64,000 nt of DNA, taken from NCBI GenBank assembly GCA_019639255.1, contig JAHBSF010000012.1, forward strand, positions 643 through 64,642, given 5' to 3'. The stretch is from Acidobacteriota bacterium (GTDB taxonomy: Bacteria; Acidobacteriota; Blastocatellia; RBC074). A program made the position numbers and the translations under genes. Shown here one piece after another: positions 8,676 to 16,308 of the stretch (within the stretch, counting starts at the first letter, position 1; every line of letters begins with the position of its first letter). The notes beneath the pieces are model-generated. The model worked only from the letters and a program-made list of their open reading frames with translations, made no database searches and was not told where the DNA came from.

Positions 8676-8965
8676 TACAGCGGTTTCGAATTGGTGTTCA
8701 GCACTCTGCCAATTAAGTTCTTTGAGTTTTTTTTTTTTTTTTTTTCAGCCGCGGAGTTCGAAGATCTGTAGCCCAGCGGCGAAGCCCTGGGAGAGTGCTC
8801 AGCCCCGGAGGGGCGGAAGATCTTTCGCCCTTTCAGGGCTCGGACGTTTTTCTCCTGCTGACCTGGCGCTCACGCACCAGGCTACAGATCTCTCGCCGCT
8901 CCGCGGCTGAAAAACTCAGAGAACTTAATTGGCAGAGTGCTGAACACCAATTCGAAACCGCTGTA
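8676..8965. mobile_element. 290-bp element with 50-bp terminal inverted repeats (MITE-like long hairpin)
   Basis: 8677-8726 (ACAGCGGTTTCGAATTGGTGTTCAGCACTCTGCCAATTAAGTTCTTTGAG) is the reverse complement of 8915-8964 with one mismatch. There are nested inner pairs: CAGCCGCGGAG (8746-8756) with CTCCGCGGCTG (8900-8910), and AGATCTGTAGCC with GGCTACAGATCT. Confidence 0.7.
8727..8745 (+). repeat. T19 homopolymer tract inside the long inverted-repeat element
   Basis: Counted directly: 19 consecutive T. The mirror position on the right arm has only A5 (8910-8914). Confidence 0.95.
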
Positions 8966-9005
8966 AATATCGAAACAAAAGAAATAAATAAACGGAAAGA
9001 ATGGA

Positions 9006-10640
9006 ATGAACTGGACCCAGGTCTACGACCCGCTCGGCAACCTTCTGCTTTCAACTCTGGTCGCATCGCTCCCGGTTGTAGTGCTGCTGGGAATGCTGGC
9101 GTTTTTTCACGTTCGCGCGCACATAGCGGCGATTGCAGGTCTCGGTGTTTCCCTCGCAATAGCGATTGCGGTTTACGGCATGCCGCCTTCAACCGCAGTC
9201 GCCGCTGCGCTCAACGGCGCCGCGTTCGGCTTGTTTCCCATAGGATGGATCGTGCTTTCGGCGATCTTCGTTTATGACATCACGGTAGCAACGGGCAAGT
9301 TTGAAATCGTAAAACAAACGATCGCGGGCCTCGGCGACGACCGCCGCGTGCAGGCGCTTCTGATTGCGTTCAGCTTTGGTGCGTTCATAGAGGGCGCGGC
9401 CGGTTTCGGTACGCCCGTCGCAATTTCGGCCGCGATGCTAATTGGATTAGGGTTCAGGCCGCTTCTGGCCGCGGGCGTTGCATTGATAGGCAATACGGCG
9501 CCCGTGGCCTACGGCGCGATCGGCACTCCCATCATCGCGCTTGCGCGCGTAACGGGCCTGCCCATCGAAGACCTCAGCGCAATGGTAGGCAGACAGTTGC
9601 CGTTTTTTTCACTGATCGTGCCGTTCTGGCTCGTATGGGCTATGGCCGGGTTCAAGGGCATGCGCGAGGTATGGCCCGCGTGTCTGACATCGGGCGCCAG
9701 TTTTGCACTGGTGCAGTTTCTGATCAGCAATTATCACGGACCGTGGATCGTGGATATTGCGGGCGCGATTGCGTCGATCCTTTCACTGGTTGTTCTATTG
9801 CGCTTCTGGCAGCCGCGCAGGATATGGCGGTTCGAGGGCGAGCAGGAAAGGGATGCGGCGGAACGGCAGCGCAGTATTCCGTCCAGACGCGATGCGGTCG
9901 CAGCGTGGATGCCTTGGGTGATCCTCTCTGTGCTCGTATTTTTGTGGGGACTGCCGCAGGTGAAGGCGTTTCTGAACGGGATCTCGGCGCCCGAATTTCA
10001 CGCGCCGTACCTGCACCGTGTAGTAATGCGCGCACCGCCCGTAGTTGCGCAGCTCAAGGTTGAAGAAGCGGTATTCGTATTCAACTGGCTGTCGGCTACT
10101 GGAACGGCGCTGCTGTTGACGGGAATACTCTCGGGATTATGGCTCAGGGTGACGCCTCGCCGACTTGCGGAGATTTTTGGGGGAACGTTCAAGAGGGCGC
10201 GCGTATCGCTTCTGACGATTGCAGCAATGCTGGCGCTTGGGTTTACAACGCGCTACGGCGGGCTCGACTCTACAATGGGCCTTGCATTTGCGAGCACGGG
10301 ATTTTTGTTTCCGTTTTTTTCACCGATGCTGGGATGGCTTGGTGTAGCGCTTACCGGGAGCGATACGTCGTCGAACGTGTTGTTCGGCAACCTGCAACAG
10401 ATCACGGCCGAGCAGTTGGGCATCTCTCCGGTGCTTGCCGCAGCATCGAACAGTTCCGGCGGCGTGATGGGCAAAATGATCGACGCGCAGTCGATCGTGG
10501 TTGCGAGTATGGCTACGCGGCAGCACGGGAAGGAGGGCGAAATACTACGGTACGTATTCTTTCACAGCGTAGCATTGGCGGCGCTTGTCGGAGTGCTGGT
10601 GTTTGTGCAGGCTTATGTGTTTCCGGGAATTGTGCCGTGA
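9006..10640 (+). CDS. L-lactate permease family (LctP/LldP/GlcA) transporter
   Basis: 544-aa polytopic membrane protein. The N-terminus [25 protein letters not shown] and the overall sequence are typical of the lactate permease family. Confidence 0.8.
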   Translation: MNWTQVYDPLGNLLLSTLVASLPVVVLLGMLAFFHVRAHIAAIAGLGVSLAIAIAVYGMPPSTAVAAALNGAAFGLFPIGWIVLSAIFVYDITVATGKFEIVKQTIAGLGDDRRVQALLIAFSFGAFIEGAAGFGTPVAISAAMLIGLGFRPLLAAGVALIGNTAPVAYGAIGTPIIALARVTGLPIEDLSAMVGRQLPFFSLIVPFWLVWAMAGFKGMREVWPACLTSGASFALVQFLISNYHGPWIVDIAGAIASILSLVVLLRFWQPRRIWRFEGEQERDAAERQRSIPSRRDAVAAWMPWVILSVLVFLWGLPQVKAFLNGISAPEFHAPYLHRVVMRAPPVVAQLKVEEAVFVFNWLSATGTALLLTGILSGLWLRVTPRRLAEIFGGTFKRARVSLLTIAAMLALGFTTRYGGLDSTMGLAFASTGFLFPFFSPMLGWLGVALTGSDTSSNVLFGNLQQITAEQLGISPVLAAASNSSGGVMGKMIDAQSIVVASMATRQHGKEGEILRYVFFHSVALAALVGVLVFVQAYVFPGIVP

Positions 10641-10672
10641 TGGCGAAGATACGCCGCAGAAAGCAACGGGAA

Positions 10673-10803
10673 GAGAGATAACGGAATAAACGAAAACTAC
10701 GGAAAGAAAACCCGACTATGCTTCTTTCCGTAGTTTTCGTTTATTTTCGTTTGTTCCGTTATCTGTCTTTTCTGTCCCGATGTGGTGTGAAGTGGTTTAA
10801 ATG
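10673..10803. repeat. family element R4 (core plus tail module)
   Basis: GAGAGATAACGGAATAAACGAAAACTACGGAAAGAA / TTCTTTCCGTAGTTTTCGTTTATTTTCGTTTGTTCCGTTATCTGTC, followed by the tail ..CCCGATGTGGTGTGAAGTGGTTTAAATG. Confidence 0.9.
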
Positions 10804-10811
10804 AATTGGAG

Positions 10812-10886
10812 GGCGAGTAGTGGGATTTGAACCCACGACCTCTTGATCCACAGTCAAGCGCTCTAACCGACTGAGCTATACCCGCC
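10812..10886 (-). tRNA. tRNA-His: tRNA-His (anticodon GUG)
   Basis: The reverse complement folds as a cloverleaf: acceptor GCGGGTA/TACTCGC, D arm GCTC-AGTCGGTTA-GAGC, anticodon arm CTTGA-CTGTGGA-TCAAG (GTG), T arm GTGGG-TTCAAAT-CCCAC. An encoded extra 5' G(-1) opposite discriminator C73 is a tRNA-His hallmark. CCA is not encoded. Confidence 0.9.
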
Positions 10887-10969
10887 GCAAAGAGCAAAGG
10901 CTATACTCTTCGAACCGCACAAGAAACGAAATCATACAAGTCCGGGATTAACGAGTCAAGGCGGTCGAA

Positions 10970-11383
10970 ATGGGGCAGAGGAATTGGGTTGTAATCGGTC
11001 GCGAAATCTACTACGGGATAATAACACACGCACGGGACGAAGCGCCGCGTGAGTGCTGCGGACTGATCGGAAGCCGAAGCGACGGCGAGCAGACGCGGTA
11101 TCCGCTCCACAACCTGGCCCACGATCCGACGCGCGAATACTTCGCCGCCCCCGAAGATATCTTCCGGGCGATGCGTGAAATGAGAATGCGACGTGAAAGA
11201 CTCATCGCCATATATCATTCGCATCCGCGCGGCGAGGCGCGTCCCTCTGCAACGGATCTTGCCATGGCCTTTTATCCCGAAGCCGTATATCTGATCGCTG
11301 CGCTTGAACCCGAAACAGAGTTGCGCGCATTCCATCTGCGCAGCGGAACTCCGGTTGAACTGAGCTTGCAGCTCAAAGATTGA
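10970..11383 (+). CDS. JAB/MPN (JAMM) metalloprotease domain protein
   Basis: Complete JAMM motif: E..CCGLIG and HSHPRGEARPSATD (HxHx7Sx2D). Confidence 0.8.
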   Translation: MGQRNWVVIGREIYYGIITHARDEAPRECCGLIGSRSDGEQTRYPLHNLAHDPTREYFAAPEDIFRAMREMRMRRERLIAIYHSHPRGEARPSATDLAMAFYPEAVYLIAALEPETELRAFHLRSGTPVELSLQLKD

Positions 11384-11576
11384 ATCGGTCAGCATTCCAT
11401 ATTCCAAGAACTTGACAGCGGACGGATCACACCATTAGAGTTGCCGGGAACAGCGACAAGAAAGCGCCCCTTGCAGCCCCGTCATAATGAATTATCCGGC
11501 CCCGCGCGGCGCCCGAATCAACCCGTGGCGTCAACCAGGCAAATCGCGCTAATCTCAAATGATTACAGGAGAATCG

Positions 11577-13355
11577 ATGAAATCAACACTTGCCATGAAG
11601 AGAAGTGTGAAGTTGGGTTTGGCTGCGCCGGCGTTGCTGCTGCTTTGCGGTGCGGCGCTTATTGCGACGACAGTCAGGGCTGAAGCCTCGCAGCAGGCGG
11701 TGACACTGGTGAGCGCCGCAACGTTTGCTTCGGACGGGACGCTTGCGCCGGATGCTATAGCCGCCGCTTTCGGGCAATTCATTACGCAGAACAATCAGGT
11801 ATTCGTAGCCCCGGGGCTGCCGTTGCCGACCACGCTCGGCGGGGTTACGGTAAAAATCAACAACGTAGCCGCACCGCTTCTGTTTGTTGCGCCTACACAG
11901 ATCAATCTCATAATTCCGACGGGAGCAGAAGACGGACCTGCGACGATCGTAGTTGAGAATTCGGATGCATCGACTTCGAGCGGTATGTTCACAATCGTGC
12001 GCAGCCATCCGGCGATTTTTATGGCAAGCGTCGAGATGCGATCGGCCTCTGCGCAAACCACTAAAGACGGGATCAGCTTTCTCTTCACATCCAACGCCGA
12101 CGGCACGCTGCGGGATGTGGATGCAGGTAGTGCGGCGGAACCCAACTTCCTTATACTTTATGCAACCGGACTTCGTTATGCCCCGGCCGATAATCCCGCA
12201 GACGAAAACGGTATTGCCGAGGGAATAAGCGTGACGTTTCTGGGCGTACCCGGGCAGGTTGCCTACGCCGGTCCCGCGCCCGGTTTTGAAGGGCTCGACC
12301 AGGTTAATGTCATCATTCCGAGGGAACTGGCCGGTCTCGGAATCATCGATGTAAAGATCCTGATCGAAGGCGGACTGCGCGAAAGCAACTCCGTCCGGAT
12401 TCGCCTCGGTGGGCAGCGGCCGCCGGTTATGCTTACGAGGATCAATCCGGATGAAGTCGTCACCGGAGCCCTCACCGCCGACGACCAACTGGAAGTCGTC
12501 GGGGACAATGTTTACTTTCTGGACGCATACTTCTTCGATACCGACGGCGCAAACGTCAATGTGGTCATCGACCTGCGCTCGCCCGCACCGGGAACGCCCG
12601 AAGGCGCGCCATTGTTTGATCCGGCGATCTTTCTGTATCGCATAGTCGACGATCGGCTTGAATTCGTAGCCATAGACGACCAAAGCGGAGGCATCGGCAC
12701 GCCTGACTTTTTCCCATCAGGCACGCAATGTCTGGTCGATCCATACGACAACAATAATGCGCTGTTGATGACCGTGCTGGCGCAGCCGGGCAGATATGCG
12801 CTGATTGTAAGCTCATCCGACTTTGATCCGCTCGGAGTCGGAAGCTATACCGTCGAATTACGCCCAAACCGTATGCAACCCATAGCATACGGGGCCAACA
12901 TTCAGGGCAGCATAGATACTACGGATATACAGACCTCGGCCGGCGCATACATTGACATATTCGCATTCAACGGCAATCAGGGCGATCGCGTTGAGGCGAC
13001 GATGACATCGCAGAGCGGCAGCTTCCTGCTGCTGCAAACCAATGACGGCGAAGTAATCGATTTCAGCGATCAGAATTGCATGTTGCCCGGCACAACGGCC
13101 CGGATTACACACCTGTTGCCCAGGCAGGGCACCTACATCGTCATAGCCTACAGCCCGACGCTCAATACAACCGGCCCCTACAACTTTTCCTTGCAGCGAT
13201 TGGCCAATTTCACCGGGGAGGCGCAGGCCGGAGCCAACCGGGGCCGGGACAGAAACAGAATTTTTTACGAAAAACGCGATCCAAACGGGACCTTTCGGGA
13301 GTATACTCCGGGAACCCTGGTCGAGCGTGCGGCCAGACGGAGGATATTGCATTAA
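11577..13355 (+). CDS. secreted protein with an N-terminal Ig-like domain and two pre-peptidase-C-terminal-like domains
   Basis: AGGAG then ATG at 11577. Signal peptide MKSTLAMKRSVKLGLAAPALLLLCGAALIATTVRAEA. The segment SAATFASDGTLAPDAIAAAFG...GGVTVKINNVAAPLLFVAPTQINLIIP matches, from memory, an acidobacterial secreted-protein family (TIGR03437-like). Confidence 0.65.
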   Translation: MKSTLAMKRSVKLGLAAPALLLLCGAALIATTVRAEASQQAVTLVSAATFASDGTLAPDAIAAAFGQFITQNNQVFVAPGLPLPTTLGGVTVKINNVAAPLLFVAPTQINLIIPTGAEDGPATIVVENSDASTSSGMFTIVRSHPAIFMASVEMRSASAQTTKDGISFLFTSNADGTLRDVDAGSAAEPNFLILYATGLRYAPADNPADENGIAEGISVTFLGVPGQVAYAGPAPGFEGLDQVNVIIPRELAGLGIIDVKILIEGGLRESNSVRIRLGGQRPPVMLTRINPDEVVTGALTADDQLEVVGDNVYFLDAYFFDTDGANVNVVIDLRSPAPGTPEGAPLFDPAIFLYRIVDDRLEFVAIDDQSGGIGTPDFFPSGTQCLVDPYDNNNALLMTVLAQPGRYALIVSSSDFDPLGVGSYTVELRPNRMQPIAYGANIQGSIDTTDIQTSAGAYIDIFAFNGNQGDRVEATMTSQSGSFLLLQTNDGEVIDFSDQNCMLPGTTARITHLLPRQGTYIVIAYSPTLNTTGPYNFSLQRLANFTGEAQAGANRGRDRNRIFYEKRDPNGTFREYTPGTLVERAARRRILH

Positions 13356-13544
13356 CAATCGTCGAGTGACGTTGTCCCATCCCTCGGATTAACGGTAAGC
13401 AGGAACGGATGAGAGATGACGCAAAAACCGGGATTGAACCTGACACTGGGGGAAGGCAGTTGCTTTCCGCAGTATTGTCTTGATCCCGATTGCTGCGTCA
13501 TCCCTTTTTCGTTCGTTTTTTGGTTCGGGAAAGGAGATCGGTTC

Positions 13545-14771
13545 ATGCTGCAACTGGATTTGCGAGTCAGGAGGACCGTGATTGTAGCGCTGGCAGTTTG
13601 TCTGAGCGCCGCGGCGTGGTTTGCACCACTGCCCCGTATCAATGCCGCCGATCACGGAGATGCGCCGCTTGCGTCGCTGGACCGATCGGCGGATATAGGC
13701 GATACATACGTGTTTCGGGACCCCAACGACAACAACCGGATCGTTTTGATTCAGACCGTGCAGGGCTTCATCGCCCCTCAAGAGGCTGTGAATTTCGGCA
13801 TATTCGATTCGAACGTGAGATACCGGTTTGAACTCGAAACCACGGGCGATCCGCTGTTTGATTACTTCATCGACGTTACCTTCTCGCCGAAAACCGGAAC
13901 ACCGGCTACGCCGCAATCGGCATTCGTAACGTCGAACTTCTTTACGGGATTTTCAGCGCCGGCAACGGCAGCCAATCTGGCTCCGACGCCGCCCGCGCCC
14001 ACCGTAACGACCGATCCGGGCACCGGCATTTCGTTTTACGCCGGAGTATCGGACGATCCGTTTTTCTTCGATATTCCGGCCTTTGCGCGTTTTGTAGCCT
14101 CGGTAAATGCGGGCGCACCGGATCCCTCATTTTTCAACCGCGCTCGCGACAGTTTCGCGGGCTACAATACATTGACGATCGCCGTATCGGTGCCGGTTGC
14201 ACGGATACAACCGCTGCTGTCCGGAGCGGCGAACAATTCGCTCGGCGTCAACGCCCGCACGGCGCGTCTGAGCGCGGCCGGAACGCGCATACCCGGGCGT
14301 TTCCCCACGCCTCCAACCTACACGAATGTAGATCGTGCGGGTATTCCGGCAGTAAACGTCGCGCTGATTCCCTTCCCGCGCAAAAACGAGTTCAACCTTG
14401 CTACGGGGCTTGACGATGCGCGCGGAGTATTTGCCGGCGACATCGTCGCGACGCTTACGAGGTTCGGCACCAACGCAACCAACATCGGGATACTCGCAAG
14501 CGTAGCCGTTGTGCAGGGAGATTTTCTGCGTCTCAATCTAGGCCTTGCCAACACCGGACCGGGCGGCGGCAACAATGCGGGCGCGGGCTTCCCCAACGGG
14601 CGCAGGCTCGTTGACGATGTAATCGACACGATTCTTTTCTTTATCGCGAACCAGAATGCACTGGGGGATAACGTAAACGCCAACGACGTGGCATTCCGGG
14701 ATACGTTCCCCTTTGTCGGCGCCGCGCAGCAACCGCGCGACTCCGGTGTTGACGACAATACGCGCAACTGA
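13545..14771 (+). CDS. DUF4331 family secreted protein
   Basis: AAGGAG then ATG at 13545. A signal peptide is followed by the mature N-terminus ADHGDAPLASLDRSADIGDTYVFRDPND, which is characteristic of DUF4331. Confidence 0.7.
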   Translation: MLQLDLRVRRTVIVALAVCLSAAAWFAPLPRINAADHGDAPLASLDRSADIGDTYVFRDPNDNNRIVLIQTVQGFIAPQEAVNFGIFDSNVRYRFELETTGDPLFDYFIDVTFSPKTGTPATPQSAFVTSNFFTGFSAPATAANLAPTPPAPTVTTDPGTGISFYAGVSDDPFFFDIPAFARFVASVNAGAPDPSFFNRARDSFAGYNTLTIAVSVPVARIQPLLSGAANNSLGVNARTARLSAAGTRIPGRFPTPPTYTNVDRAGIPAVNVALIPFPRKNEFNLATGLDDARGVFAGDIVATLTRFGTNATNIGILASVAVVQGDFLRLNLGLANTGPGGGNNAGAGFPNGRRLVDDVIDTILFFIANQNALGDNVNANDVAFRDTFPFVGAAQQPRDSGVDDNTRN

Positions 14772-14798
14772 CCGCACCCCCCGGAGAGAACGCGGAAA

Positions 14799-16172
14799 AT
14801 GCCCGGAATGAAGCCTAAATCGCCGGAAAACAGAGCTTCGTTTCGTGCATTCCGCGTTCTTTTCCGTTTGTTGCTCCCTGTGCTTGCTGTATCGTGCGGC
14901 GGCGAATCCGCAATCCGGACGACGGATGGGGAAATTCCGGCGGCCACACGTATAGAGTCCGAAGCAGATGCATCGGAAGCTACGATAAGATTTCTCGAAG
15001 ACCGCATCCGGCGCGATCCGGACGATTTCATATCGGCGAACAAACTCGGCGGCTACTACCTGCTGAGGCTGCGCGAAACCGGAAATACGGATTACCTGCG
15101 ACTTGCGCGCCGAACCGCAGATATATCCCTGCGTGCAATTGCTGCACAACAGAATCCCGGAGGCCTTGCGCTGCTTGCGCAGGCTGCGTTCGCCGAACAC
15201 GATTTTGAATCCGCGCGCCGCTGCGCCGAACAACTTGTAAAAATCGATCCCCGAAAAAGCTATCCATATCAACTGCTCGCCGACGCTCTGCTCGAACTCG
15301 GCGACTATGATGCGGCGGCAAAAATAATCGCCGAAATTGAGCGCAGCCCTTCAATAGACGACGGCGGCGCGCTCAGGATTGCACGAATGGCCGCGCTGCA
15401 CGGGCAAACCGCTCGCGCAAGAGAGTTCTACGGCGCAGCGCTTGCGCTTTCGCTCGAAGTGGTACCTCCGTCGCGCGAGGGCGTAGCGTGGCGGCGCTGG
15501 CAAATCGGCGAACTGGAGTTCAACGCGGGCCGCTACGACGCGGCTGAAAGGCATTACCGCGATTCGCTAGAGACGTTCCCGAACTACTATCGCGCGCTCT
15601 CCGGACTCGGCCGCGCGCGCGCCGCGCAGGGTGATGTTCCAAACGCAATTGAATTTTACGAACGTGCTGCGCGGCTTGCGCCCGAACCCGCAACCTTGGC
15701 CGCGCTCGGCGATTTGTACGAACTGACGGGCCGCAGCCGCGAAGCGCAGGCGCAATTCGATCTTGTTAAAAAACTGGGGCGCATAGGCGAGGCTGCGGGT
15801 TCGGTTTATAACAGGCAGCTTGCGATTTTTTTCGCCGATCACGACATCAACGCCGAGGAAGCATACGAACTGGCAAGACGCGAATACGAAGTTCGGCGCG
15901 ACATATACGGCGCAGATGCCCTTGCCTGGACCGCGCACAAAGCCGGCAGAGCAGATAAGGCCGGCGAGGCGATTCTTGATGCATTGAAGCTGGGCACGAA
16001 AGACTCGCGAATCTTTTATCACGCGGGTATGATTGCGCGCGCTGCGGGCAACCCGGTGGAGGCAAAAAAATATCTTGAACGCGCGCTGGCACTCAGCCCG
16101 CAATTCGATCCGCGACACGCACCCGTTGCACGACAGGCGCTCGAAGCGCTGAAAGCAGATAACGGAATGTAA
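14799..16172 (+). CDS. TPR-repeat lipoprotein
   Basis: Possible lipobox LAVSCGG followed by multiple TPR repeats (YRALSGLGRARAAQGDVPNAIEFYERAARLAP...). The last codons GAT AAC GGA ATG TAA duplicate the repeat-arm word GATAACGGAA. Confidence 0.7.
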   Translation: MPGMKPKSPENRASFRAFRVLFRLLLPVLAVSCGGESAIRTTDGEIPAATRIESEADASEATIRFLEDRIRRDPDDFISANKLGGYYLLRLRETGNTDYLRLARRTADISLRAIAAQQNPGGLALLAQAAFAEHDFESARRCAEQLVKIDPRKSYPYQLLADALLELGDYDAAAKIIAEIERSPSIDDGGALRIARMAALHGQTARAREFYGAALALSLEVVPPSREGVAWRRWQIGELEFNAGRYDAAERHYRDSLETFPNYYRALSGLGRARAAQGDVPNAIEFYERAARLAPEPATLAALGDLYELTGRSREAQAQFDLVKKLGRIGEAAGSVYNRQLAIFFADHDINAEEAYELARREYEVRRDIYGADALAWTAHKAGRADKAGEAILDALKLGTKDSRIFYHAGMIARAAGNPVEAKKYLERALALSPQFDPRHAPVARQALEALKADNGM

Positions 16173-16185
16173 AAGAATGAAGAAA

Positions 16186-16308
16186 AAGATAACGGAACAA
16201 ACGAAAATACACGAAACAAACAGATCAAACGGAACAAGCGCAGTGACCCGGATGATCCGATCCCTTTTCGTTTGTTTCGTGTATTTTCGTTTGTTCCGTT
16301 ATCTCTCC
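16186..16308. repeat. family element R5 (long-loop copy)
   Basis: AAAGATAACGGAACAAACGAAAATACACGAAACAAAC ... GTTTGTTTCGTGTATTTTCGTTTGTTCCGTTATCTCTCC. Confidence 0.9.

Noticed and set aside
8695-8943. CIRCE-like (HrcA operator) half-sites: TTCAGCACTC (left arm), GAGTGCTCAG (core) and GAGTGCTGAA (right arm), downstream of the Hsp70 cassette.
   Set aside because: CIRCE is TTAGCACTC-N9-GAGTGCTAA. Here the halves carry an extra base, are separated by ~90-230 nt rather than 9, and lie after rather than before the chaperone genes.
8722-9277. ORFs 8722..8910, 8795..9277 and 8833..9192 inside and next to the long inverted-repeat element.
   Set aside because: They span the palindrome, overlap the well-supported lactate permease start, and have non-coding composition.
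13413-13502. An inverted repeat, GATGACGCA ... TGCGTCATC, preceded by GAGAGATGACGCAAAAAC. It superficially resembles the GAGAGATAACGGAACAAAC arm.
   Set aside because: The T-rich CGTT words lie outside rather than inside the right arm, and the loop is 72 nt of unrelated sequence. This is not convincingly a family member.
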